A DNA stretch of 64,000 nucleotides. Origin: Octopus sinensis. Lineage: Eukaryota. The position numbers and the translations under genes were made by a program. The notes beneath the pieces are model-generated. The model saw only the letters and a list, made by a program, of their open reading frames with translations. It was not told the DNA's origin and did not search any database. The stretch covers positions 38,440,001 through 38,504,000 of the forward strand of contig NC_043010.1 of the NCBI RefSeq assembly GCF_006345805.1, read 5' to 3'. Shown here piece after piece: positions 47,906 to 59,677 of this stretch. Numbering within the stretch: position 1 is the stretch's first letter; every line of letters starts with the position of its first letter.

Positions 47906-49160
47906 CAGACATATATATATGTATATACACCCACACAAAAAAAATAATGTTAAAAGTATTATTGCTGTCGATTTAATTTAAGCCAATATTAATTTAGTAA
48001 AAGAAGGCAGCAAGCTGGCAAACTGGTTAGCGTGTTGAACAAAATACTTTGCGGTATTTTGTCTGTCTTCACATTCTGAGTTCAAATTCTTCTGAGGTCG
48101 ACTTTGCCTTTCATCCTTTCAGGATTGATAAAATAAGTACCAGTTAAGCTTTGAGGGTCGATGTAATCAGCTTACCCACTTCCATTGAAGTTGCTGGCCT
48201 TTTTCTGAAATTTGAAACCAATATTAGTTTAGTAAAAGACTAACCTGCTTTGTACTGAACATAAATTTGGGTGATTGGATTGGAGAGAGAAGAGAGAGGG
48301 AGCAGGAAGAAACTTAAGCCAAACAACCATAAACTTTTTAAGATTTGTTATGAAAGCCTCATGTAACAGAGACAATCAGAACCTAAAACGTCAGGTTAAT
48401 AGTAATCAACTGTTGTTGATTGGAAAATGTGCAGGAAGAAACATCATTTATTTCATTGACCATTTATTGTTTGAAGGGAAAAACAATCAATAAAAAATGT
48501 ATTGATGATGCTTAATAGGATATTTATGTGTTGTGTGTCTGTGTTGGCTTTCTGTCACAACCAGAACTTGGAATCATTTGTTTCTTTCTGTTTCTCTTTC
48601 AGTACTGACTCACATTCAAGTTGCCAGTCAATATAGAAAGATCAAGGCTGTAGTAAATTGGCAGAACTATTAGACTGGTGAATACAACACCTTGCTGTGT
48701 TTTAATTCCAGCTCTTTATGCTCTGGGTTCAAATCCTGCCATGGTCAATTTTACCTTTCATTCTTTCACTGTCTATTTAAGTACATGTCAAGTACTGCAG
48801 CCAGTTCTCTCTCTCTCTCTCTCTCTCCTCTCTCTGAATGGTACCTGTAATTCAAAAGATCCAGGCTTATCATATTATGTCACACCTGTGCCAGTGTAAC
48901 AGTTATGTTAAATATATTTGTGTCGGAGGTGTACTTACCTGCTTATGCTTTCATTCATTTCATGTGTAGGAATTCTGTTGGGCAAAATAATTAAACGCTC
49001 GTCATTAACACTAATGAAGAAACCACCACCATGTAATAAAGATCTCTTTTTTTTTTTTTTTTAAATTTTCTTTTCCCACTTGAGTAACTGGAGTAGCAAC
49101 TCGAAACAGTCACTAAATCCTTTTATATATATTTCTATCTATATATAAATATATATATAT
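46620..49160 (+). repeat. Tandem duplication of ~1.27 kb joined at (TA)n tracts
   Basis: Offset 1256-1275 bp (identical ORFs at 47003 and 48275); the copies differ by a 16-bp indel, ~4 substitutions and microsatellite lengths. Confidence 0.95.
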
Positions 49161-52100
49161 ATATATATTTTTAAAGCTCTTCCCTGTTGAGATCTCTCTC
49201 TTCCCCCCTCCCCCACCTTTCTCTGCTATCAAAAGAAAAAGTGATTTCAAAGTCTTCTGTAAAAATAGACACTTAACATTAGCAATAATAATAATAATAA
49301 TAATTTGGTACATTTTTAATTCCATGTTTTATGGTGACTCAGCTCCTCTTCCTCCTACACTCCCCATAAGGAAGGAAACCAATCCCACACCCCCACTATA
49401 TAATATCAAGTCTTTCATGATGCAGATTCTCTGTAGCTGCCTTTCCTTCTCCCTGTCTCCAAAATATGCTTGATGCATTTATTACAAATGGTAGCTACAC
49501 TTTTTTTTTTTTTTTTTAATTAACTCTTCTTTGTGGTGCATTCTCTAACTTCTTTTAATTTGATGTCATGCTTCTTAGCATTTTTTTTTTTTTTTACAAA
49601 AGAATTTGCTGAATTAATTCAATATCAAAACTAGTTGAAAATGTAGTCGAGTATTCTCACCCCCAACTTCTCCATTCACTCTCTCTCGCTCGCTCTCTCT
49701 ATCTCTTCATGTCCCTCAGTTTGTTTCGGGAATTGGGAATGAATTTGACTGTAGTTTGACTGCAACACTGTCTAAATAGAGGCAGTTGTAATATTTTCAG
49801 AAATAATTATGTATTGGAAAAATATAAATAAAAAAAATATATTATGTATACATATATATAAAATTTTCTCATATTTTCTTTTTTTTTTTTTATTGTAAAT
49901 CGTGGTAATTAATCATGATGGTTCTGATTGAAAATGGATTTTTTTTTTTTTTTCAAATATTATTTTGGCATTAGAAAGGACATCCAGCCATAGAAATACA
50001 TGCCAAAGCAGACACTAGAGTTCAGTACAGCCCTTTGGTTCACCAGATCCTATCACAGTCCAACCCATGCCAGCACAGAAAACAGACATTAAGTGATGAT
50101 TTTGCTAATGTAGTTTCAGCATTTTATTTGTTTTCTTTAGTTTTCAACTTGCAATAGTGATGAAGATAATTTCTAGCATTGTGAGATCATACATTTTAAA
50201 AAGAGGATGAGTCATTCAGTACATTGACCCTGTGCCTCCCTGCTTTCCTCTCACATACTGTTAATACTCAGTTTTAACTTTCTTCTTTTGTTGACCACAG
50301 AAGGATAAAAATAAATATCCAAGCATAAAGCAGTGTAATTTTATATGCTACAGTGCATTTTCTCTTTTGTTTAGAATGAGAACAGTACTCCAGCATGGCC
50401 TTGATCGTACTGGCTAAAACAAACTAAAGATCTACAACTTTTGATGCTGCAATAATTACTTACATTGGCATGGAGCCACAGGTTTGAAGGTCACCACGTA
50501 GTAAATTTTGTAGTCGGTGTGTAGTAAATTGAATTAATTCCAGTACATAAAAAGTTCTTATTTTATCAACCTCAGTTTGATGGAAAGTAAAGTCAGTTAT
50601 AACAGGATTTGATCCCAGATTGTTGAGGATTGACACTATTGTAAGATATTTACTCTGGTACTATATTATTTTAGAGACAATATTGGCTACTTGCTTAGCT
50701 ACCTGATTACAAATTAGAACGAGGAGTGCTGGTGTCACATAAAAAGCAGTTAGGAAGAGCATCTGGCCACAGAAACTGTACCAAAAAGGATAAGGCAACT
50801 TCCTGGTTGGCCAACTCCAATCAAACTATCCACCTCATACCAGTATGGACATTAAATAAGGAGGAGGATGAATGGGGTAATACTGGGATTTGTAAATTGT
50901 TTATCATAAAGGGGAGTTGCATGGATTAAAAGGGGGACAGGTAAATTGCCATGCTTAATAAAATTCTTCATTGCAATATGTTAAAATATAATGCCATTGT
51001 TTCTATGGATTTTGTGAAATTATCTTTATTAAAATGGGGTTTGGACCATAAATAAAAATAGCATTTTGATGGAAATGTTTTAATTCAGATAACTTTAAAA
51101 ATAAGTTTGTATCATAGAACTGAGGTCATTTCAACGGGTTGGTATTAAAATGAGTTTCCAATTTTTCAGTTAACCCTCTCGGCACTGGGCCCATGTGTCT
51201 AACTTTATCCTCCGCTTGGGCTCCTGAGCAAAATAATAAATAGTTGCCTATACAGCTCAAGGGTAATAACTGCATGCAAACTAATTGACAGAATCGGTTG
51301 CGTTTTTTTCTATGCTTGTTGTTCATTACCACTTAACTGGAAATCCAGTGTGATGGTATTAAACCTATTCCTGCTATAGGAGGAACATGGTGTGACAGGG
51401 TTAAAATAGAATTTTGATGGAAGGTTTTAATTTAGATTCTGTTGAAACAAGAAATATCATAAAACAGATGGGTTGACATCCAGTTACAATGGTTTCCAAA
51501 GTTTTAAACTTTCCCAACACTGAAGAAAGAAAAATTATATTAGATCAAAAAGGGTGGTGGGGTGGAAGAATCTTCAGTGTTACGCAGCATGCATTGTGGT
51601 ATTTGTTCAAATTCTTTACTTTCTGAGTTCAAATCCTTCCAAGGTCAGCTATGCTTTATCCATCATTACAGAGTTTGATGAAGTATAGTACCATTCAAGT
51701 ACTGGAGTTGATGGTATCAGTTAGCTTCCCCCCACAGTTTCTGAATTGTTTAATAAGAAAGGAACCAAACATTTTCATTAATATTTTATGTGAAAGGTAA
51801 GGTGGCAAACTGATTAACAGTTTTCCATCAGTCTAAATTCTGAGTTAAAATATCACCGGTGACGACTTTGCATTTCATTCTTCCTGAGTCAATAAAATAA
51901 TTACCAGTTGGACACTGGAGTCAATGGAATCGACTTCCTCCTTCCTCTGAAATTACTGGCCTTGTGCCAAAATCTGATGGGTAAGGTGCCATTTGGTAGT
52001 TGTGGGTGGGTATTAAATTAGACAATAAATAAATAAAAAAAATTTTGTTTTTGTCAAGAATGTAAGTAGGAAAACAGTGTTATGAAGGATGTTGTTAGCA

Positions 52101-55100
52101 CTTGAACCAAAAATAATGTCCAACCCTGTTGGTTTCATTCTCTGCTTGAAATTCATTTCGCTTTTGTCTTCAGAGATGAAACATTTGACAATATTAGCAT
52201 CTCTCTTATATTTCAAGCACCTTGATCTCAACATTTATTTCTTTATTGCCCACAAGGGGCTAAGCATAGAGGGAACAAACAAGGAATTAAGTGGATTACA
52301 TTGACCTCAGTGTGTAACTGGTTCTTATTTAATCAACCCCAAAAGGATGAAAGGCTAAGTCAACCTCGGCGGAATTTGAACTTAGAACGTAGCAACAGAC
52401 GAAATATCACTAAACATTTCACCAGGAGTGCTAATGTTTCTGCCAGCTCGCCACCTTATTTAATCTCAACAGTCACTTATTTCTTGGTGTGAATATAGTG
52501 TCAGACTACATTTGAACAAGAATTTTTATTGTATCCACAAATGTCAATGGTTTAACAGTTTAGAACAGTGATTGCCAATCGTTTTTTGCCTATGGACCGC
52601 TTTGATTCTTGTTTTGTTCTACTGGACCCCATGTTAAAAATAATCATTATATTTTCATGATTAAATATTAAGAATTGAATAAAGAATTGTTAAAATATTT
52701 CTTGTATCATAGAAGTATCACTGATTTATTGCTCATAAACTCTGACAACAAATTCTTATATGGACCCTGGTTTAGAGCATTACTAAATTATATGCAATTT
52801 TATTAAGGAATATAATTTCTTGGACTAGTAATGTTTTTAGAGAGAAGGAAATTTTCAATATTTATGTCAACACAAAGCTTAGAATGGTTTGATATCTGAT
52901 CATTATTGAGTGTCATATTCCTTGGACCCTTAGCTCCTGATAAAGTCATGAGTTGCTCTTGTGACATGCAGTGTCTTGTACATTTTTAGATCTGGTAGAG
53001 CCATTCTGTTTCCAAGTTTGACCACAGATGGGATTTTTTTCTGTAAAGAGAGAGAAGTATTGACTTGTCCCCCCACCCCTAACATGGGACTGCTATTTAA
53101 TCAATTGACTCCCCACTGCTACTACCAAAGAATGAATGGAAAATTTGAGCTCAGAGTGCAAAGACCTGGAATAATATACTCCAATGCTCTTATCAGCTCA
53201 ACCAATTTGCCACACATATATTGTACCAGAATGGATTCAAACTTCTTTGTTCCGTCAGATTAACAATCAGCCCCTGGGGATTTACTCATCAAATTCCACA
53301 TGTTTGTCATGGAATCATAGGTGGATTCAAAGATGGTCTTGTGTGTGCTGCTGTCCTTTGCATATATTTTTTCAAAAAGATTAACCATCTTTTTTTGGCT
53401 AGATAAAGATTAGTTTGCCATTCCTGCCAGGGTATTCAGAAAGTAAAAAACCAGAACAAATACTGCAAAGCATTTTGTCCAACATTGACTTTGGAATGCC
53501 AAGAACCAGAATAAATGCTACAAGATTTTTGATCTAACATCATGGACCGATACTTTATTTTTGTGTCACCCCTAGATGGATGAAAGGTAAATTTGACCCC
53601 CATGGGATTTAAACTTAGAATGCAAAGAGCTAGAATAAATATTGTAGGGTATTTGTCTAATGCCCCAACAATTCTTCCAATCTGCTTCACTAGGTTCAAA
53701 CAAGCAACCTTTCCTTTCTGCATATGTACAATTAATGTTATGTTATTTGTAAAAGCAGAATTGTCATCATGTCAGGCAAAATGCTTAGTGGTGTTTTGTC
53801 CATCTTTATGTCCTGAGTTCAAATTCCACCAAGGTTGACTCTGCCTTTCATCCTTTCAGAGTTATTAAAATGCATCAATTCCAGTGTTCAACTGAAGTCA
53901 ATATAATTAACTTACCCATTCTTCCGAAGTTGCTGGCCTTGTCCCAAAATATGAAGCCATTATTCTTTTCTACTCTTGGCACAAGGCCTGAAATTTTGGT
54001 GAGAAGGGCCAGTTGATTAGATCGACTCCAGTATGCAACTGGCACTTAATTTATCGACCCTGAAAGGATGAAAGGCAAGGTTGAACTCAGAACATAAAGA
54101 CATGAAATACTGCTCAGCATTTCACCTGGCATGCTAACATTTCTGCCAGATCACCACCTTAAATTTGAAGAAAGCACATAGTTTCAGGTTTAGTCTCACT
54201 GCGTTGCACCTTGAGCATATGTCATCTATTATAAACCCAGGCTGGCCTAAGCATAATGATTGAATTTGGTTGATGGAAACTGAAAGAAGCCCATTATATG
54301 TGTGTATTTGTATCTCTGTCTTAACATCAGATGGTAGTTGTAAATCAGCATCATCACCATACAAATGGTATCAATTGTTTCCAGTTTTTGAAAACATGTC
54401 AAGCTATCGGAAAATAGTACCTTGCTTGCAAACACGTGATGGGTGGCAACAGGAAGAGCATCCAGCCATAGAAAATCTGCCTTAGAAAATTCTGTCCAGC
54501 CCATGCAAGCATAGAAAAGTTTCCATAGATATTGGAACTGTCATGATGAAATAAAAGAATTCAATTTAGTATTATGTACACCAAGGGCTACAACATCGGA
54601 TGATGACCATAAGAGATGGATCCAATCAAATGTAATGTAGACAAAAACATTTAGCTGTTTCATCTCTGAATATGAGGTTAATCATCTGAAATATAATCAT
54701 ATTAACAACAAACAGTCCTAGTCACTTTACTGTACTTATGCCTGTAAGAAAGACATGCACATCATGACATCCATTTCCTTTAAATCAAAATAAAGGATCT
54801 TTTCTGCTCAATCAAAAAATGAAATATTAATTTCTTTTTGGGAGGTTTTTTTTTTTTTTTTAATGAGAGAGAGACATTATGGAGGCTCAAAATCTATGAA
54901 CGTAAGATTAATCTACTGCTCCATTGACTGAATCAAACTTGATAACAGATTTTTTAGAAGCATAATTACATATGGCAAAGAGCGTGAGTATGCCTGTGTG
55001 GTAAGAAGTTTGCTTCCCAACCACATGGTTTTGAGTTCAGTTCCACTACATGGCACTGTGAGCAAGTGCTTTTTTTTTTTTACTATAGCCCCAGGCCAAC

Positions 55101-55155
55101 CAAATCTATAGGAATAAATTTAATAGATGGGAACTAGAAGAAGTCTGTCATATTA

Positions 55156-55380
55156 TCTACTATATATTTGTGAAAAGGGTGTACGTTGTCTCACAAGCAA
55201 AAGTGTTAGTAAATATGATCGGATTGACCTGAAAATTTGCACACCTGTGTTAAAAGTGCTGGGGAGTTTGCATGGCAACTTTGAGTTTGCTCAATTGAAA
55301 AGTGTGGCCTCTAGGGTAAAATTCCTCATCTTTAAAATGTGGCCCGAGTAGACCCGAATGAAATCGGGTTATAATACTAG
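55156..55380 (+). mobile_element. Non-autonomous Helitron (225 bp)
   Basis: A|TCTACTATATA 5' end; subterminal hairpin ACCCGA-atgaaa-TCGGGT (55352-55369); CTAG|T 3' end; no TSD. Confidence 0.8.
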
Positions 55381-56455
55381 TATATATATGTGTGTGTATG
55401 TGTCACAATATCACTTGACAACCAGTGTTGCTTTGTTTATATCCCCATAACTTAGCAGTTCAGTAGAAAGTGACTGATAGAATAAGTACCAAGTTGATTT
55501 GTTTAACTATGCCCTTCAAGACGGTTCCCATAGCATGGCTGCACTCCTAGGACCGAAGTAAGTAAAAAGTAAAAGATATGGCATTAAGACTTCCAGAAAG
55601 AACCTATATTATTAAAACATTTCAAGTTGGAAGAAACTGAAAAAATATTGTAATTATTTTTATTTAGTTAGAGAAAGAAGAATGACATCCATGGAATTTG
55701 AAGATTGATGAGATGATGCGATGTGGTGAACGTTTTTGGCGGTCTTCTGAAAAATCGTGAGTTGGCTGTTATTTCTAGCATGTGGAGAGACCTCTTAGAC
55801 TTAACTCTGTGCTGGTTGAAAATCACCTAAAAAAGATTCTAGGGTCGATACATTCGATTAAAACTTCTTGAGGGTAGGTGCCCCAGCATGGCTGCAGTCT
55901 TATGACTGCAAAAGTAAAACAAAACAAAAAAAAAGAAAGGAAAATATTACAGAAGTGGTTTTGATCAGGCTTTAAAAAAAATTCTGGGTTCCATAAAACC
56001 ATCTAAAAATTCTTCAAGGTGATGCCCCAGCATGGCCGGCCGCAGTCTAATAACTGCAACAAGTAAGAAAAAAAAACAATTCTGGGATCGATACGTTCAA
56101 CTAAAAATTCTTCAAGGCGGTACCCCAGCATGACTACAATCAAGTAAAAGGTGAAAGAAACGAAAAATATAACCGTGTGGCTTTTGTCCACTTACACACT
56201 TTAACTATGGGGCTTTTGTCCGAATCCCCATTCTAGCAGTGAGTAGGGAGTCTAGTAGGCCCACATTATCCGAATCTTTGTTTTTTAAGATGGAAGTATA
56301 TGATTTGAGTAATATTTGGCTGCTGATTCTAACATGTTGTACGATGGAGGTTCGCTTATCGGTTCGTCTGTGAGTGATTGCGATATCTGAGGATGTTTGG
56401 GCGTGTAATAAAAACATCAGCACCAACCCAAATATCCCCAGAGTAAGACAGCAAA

Positions 56456-56853
56456 TCTTTATATATAAAAGAGAGGTTGTGTGCTGTCTGTCTCCTACGA
56501 TTTAGATTCCTAACTACTCCCACATTTTGCGGTGCAGTTTAACCAAAACCGGGTATCTTATAGTCGTGGTTCATATCGAGCCCTTCTGGGTATTAGCGCG
56601 CGTCTACGATGAGTCTACGATTTAAAAAAAAATTTACCATCAATTTTCCCATTTTTAATGCATTTTTGGCATATATAAGGGAAGTAACTCTCTAAAAATT
56701 TATTATTAAATCTCAGAACGTAAAAAGCTACAGTAACACCCGCCCCCCTTTGTGGTTAGCCATATTGAGATGGCTATTATACTTTACATCTCTAAAAATG
56801 CTTATATAGTTATTTCCCTTACAAACCGGAGCAACGCCGGGCGATACTGCTAG
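56456..56853 (+). mobile_element. Non-autonomous Helitron (398 bp), different family
   Basis: A|TCTTTATATATAAAA 5' end; hairpin CCGG-agcaacg-CCGG (56826-56840); CTAG|T 3' end. Confidence 0.8.
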
Positions 56854-57614
56854 TAAATAATGTTTAGCCTCAGGCCAGCCTGGGAGAAAGCATTTATGAT
56901 CAAAAACGTTCCAGGCGTGACCCTCTATGTTTTTGTACATTGTTCAATGTATGTGTGTGTGGTCTTTTTCGTTCATGGGGTCCAATTTCTTTCAGATTTT
57001 CTACACTCATGTAAATTTGCATGCTAATTGCGAAAATCACATTCATTTTTGTCACAAATTATTAAGTTGTGATTTTGGTGATTTAGCTGTTATTTCTAGC
57101 ATGTTGATCGGCTCCCGTGTTGACTAAGTCAGTTGTACAAAAGAACCATTACAGATGTCGTCGGCAATAGTCGAACTAGAAGTATATAGTAAATAGATAT
57201 GGGTTTGTACATTAGGAAGGCTGCATCTACCATCACTGTTGGGTGCTGGAGATGAGAAGGAAGAGAGGAGAGCAGAAAACAATGAAATGTTTGTCTTCAC
57301 CATAGCAATTAAACGTTAAAATTTCGTCCGTTTTCAACCGCCGATCACAGAAATATTACCAGCATGAAGGGAATCAGCTCAGGCACAGCTATGTGTTTAA
57401 GCCGTTCGCTTTGCAACCACATGGTTTCGTATTCAATCCCACCGTGCGGCACTTTGAGTAGGTGTCTTCTACTATAACCCCAGGTTGATGAAAGCCTTTT
57501 GAGCGAATTTGGTAGACAGAAATTTAAAGAAGCTCGTTATATATATATATACATATATATGTATATATGTATATGTTTAACAATGAAGTCAAACCAAGTA
57601 ATGATATCTTGAAA

Positions 57615-57690
57615 GCATTTATTACGCATGTTTCAGATCATTGCGTAATAGATAATAGAAACTTCAACTTTGAAGACTTTCCTCAGTAAA
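57615..57690 (-). ncRNA. Degenerate hammerhead-like motif with a long stem II loop
   Basis: UUUA CUGAGGA AAGUC (~35 nt) GAUCU GAAA CAUGCG UA AUAAAUGC; inverted partner at 59130-59212. Confidence 0.45.
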
Positions 57691-58030
57691 GACATATCAA
57701 AATATAAACCAAAACAGGTAATTTATTCTATTCATGGCCGGGGCAGTTGAAGTCAGCTACTATATGAGGAGGGTGGAAGGGTATGTATAGAGGGAGAAGA
57801 AAGAGAGGATGAAAGAGATAGTAAAAAGAAGTGACAGGTAGGAATGAGAGAAAAGGAATTGGTAGTGTAGGTTGTGTGAACAGACAAAACTTGAAGAGTA
57901 AGGGACTATAAGGTAGGGTGATGTGGGGGAGAATTGAAAGTGTCACTAACAATATAGGCGAAATAAAATATGACTGAAGGCAAGTGCAAAAGAACAACAA
58001 TAATAAGGATTTATTATTATTATTATTATT

Positions 58031-58812
58031 CACTTAAATATTTTGATAAACAAACTGAATATTGACTATTATATAAAGACCAACTACGAATTCTTACATT
58101 CTCTAGATTTTCTGTAGTTCAGACCACCTGATGGTCCGAGCTGACAAAATGGAAACGGCGTTGTCTCGGAGGATGGCGAGGAAGTTGTGCTGGAACATCC
58201 GCTCTGACTTACGGGACTCACGTTTGCGGATAACCATCTCTGTTCCGATAGCAGTGGGCAGGGATATAGTCCGGGGACCGAGAACGCCAGAGGTTTTCAC
58301 TGTTACAGGCTCGACCATAAACCTGTCAGAGAGCGAACAATACTTTGATAGTTTGCCTTTCTCATCCTGACGAGCAGCGGAACCTGAAATGGTAGCTGAA
58401 CACGCCAAGTTGCCACTGGAGAAGGTCTCACAATATGTGACATCCCAGATAAGGGGTCTATTACCACGGAACAGGAAAACTGTTACACCGTCCCTTCAGT
58501 CTAACCCCGTTGGTTAGAGCTGGAAAGGGAAGACTGGAATCTCGATCATGCTTTATAAATTTGTTAAGGGCGGCATGGAGAAGAAGTCGGCCAACACTAT
58601 AATGGCATGGAAATAGGTGGAGGCCGAAACAACTCACAGTGGGCCCGCAGCGGCATTTGTGAGGCTCACAGATTTGGAGGCCAAGCCTTAGGGAAATGCC
58701 GATGCGTAGACAGTCGCTATCAAGCAGAGTGCCATTCAGGAGCGATGGCACCGCATTGAACCAGGTTCTACTGTTAGGCTCGGAGACTGAGCGGGAACAT
58801 GGCAGACAGTGC
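58031..58812 (-). mobile_element. CRE-clade non-LTR retrotransposon 3' fragment (zinc knuckle + RLE), frameshifted
   Basis: LRIGISLRLG..ICEPHKCRCG....GLH..C...GR...H..LN, PW, WDVT..ET, GSAA...E..K..KY, VKTSG, NAVSIL motifs; (AAT)n tail at 58012-58030. Confidence 0.8.
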
Positions 58813-59129
58813 TCATCATCACCATCACCATCATCATCATCGCCGTCGTTGTTGTTATTTTGCTTTTGCTTTCATTCATTGCATTTATTCACTTAGTTGA
58901 CCATTCAGTTATCTTCCCTCAATATAGTATCGTTTTCTATTTCCATATACCAACATTACCAGTCCCCTTTCTTTTTCTCTCATTCCTTCTTCCCCTCTCT
59001 ATCTCTTTCCCTTTCTGTCCACCTTTCTTCCTACTCCCTCTCTATACACACACCTTTCTCCCTGATATAGTTGCTGACTTCAACCGTCCTGATAATATAT
59101 ATAAAAATTTTCATTTGGTTTATATTTTG

Positions 59130-59212
59130 AAATATCCTGAGGAAGATCTCACGCAAGGGATGAATTCTTTATTATCTATTATGTAATGACTTGAGACGTG
59201 CGTACTAAATAC
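59130..59212 (+). ncRNA. Degenerate hammerhead-like motif, partner of 57615-57690
   Basis: CUGAGGA AGAUC (~39 nt) GACUU GAGA CGUGCG UA CUAAAUAC. Confidence 0.4.
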
Positions 59213-59634
59213 TTTCAACCTATAAATATTTGACTTGACTTTATCACACACACACACGTCAAACCAAAGGCGTATGACCTTGTGGCTATGGTGTTGCCCT
59301 CATGACCGCTAGATCATAGGTCTAATTCCAGGACAGGGCGGCACGTTGTGTTCTTAAGCAAAACACGTCATTTCACATCACTCATGTTCACTGAGCTGTG
59401 AATTGGTAACCCTAGGACAGAATAAGCTTTCGATCAGGGTGACTGTTGGCCTGCTCCCCTAGCCAGCCGGGTGGCATCATTCAAAGGCGAAGAGCATTGT
59501 GACTCGAGATGTATAACATCTGATAGTCTGGTCAATACCTTAATATCATGATACGACTGCTTCTCTTGTTTAAAGTTCCACGTAGGTTTTCATAATTTAG
59601 TTATGAATTACAGAGCACGATGTATGAGAGAGAA

Positions 59635-59677
<43 letters not shown>

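Noticed and set aside
58369-58400. CTGACGA…GAAA hammerhead-like string
   Set aside because: No stem I or II complementarity; it is the antisense of CRE coding sequence.
59060-59095. IVADFN peptide resembling the AP-endonuclease GDFN motif (also at ~57745-57770, minus strand)
   Set aside because: It is embedded in low-complexity pyrimidine-rich sequence with no other APE motifs, and is better explained as non-coding pLTR-like repeat.
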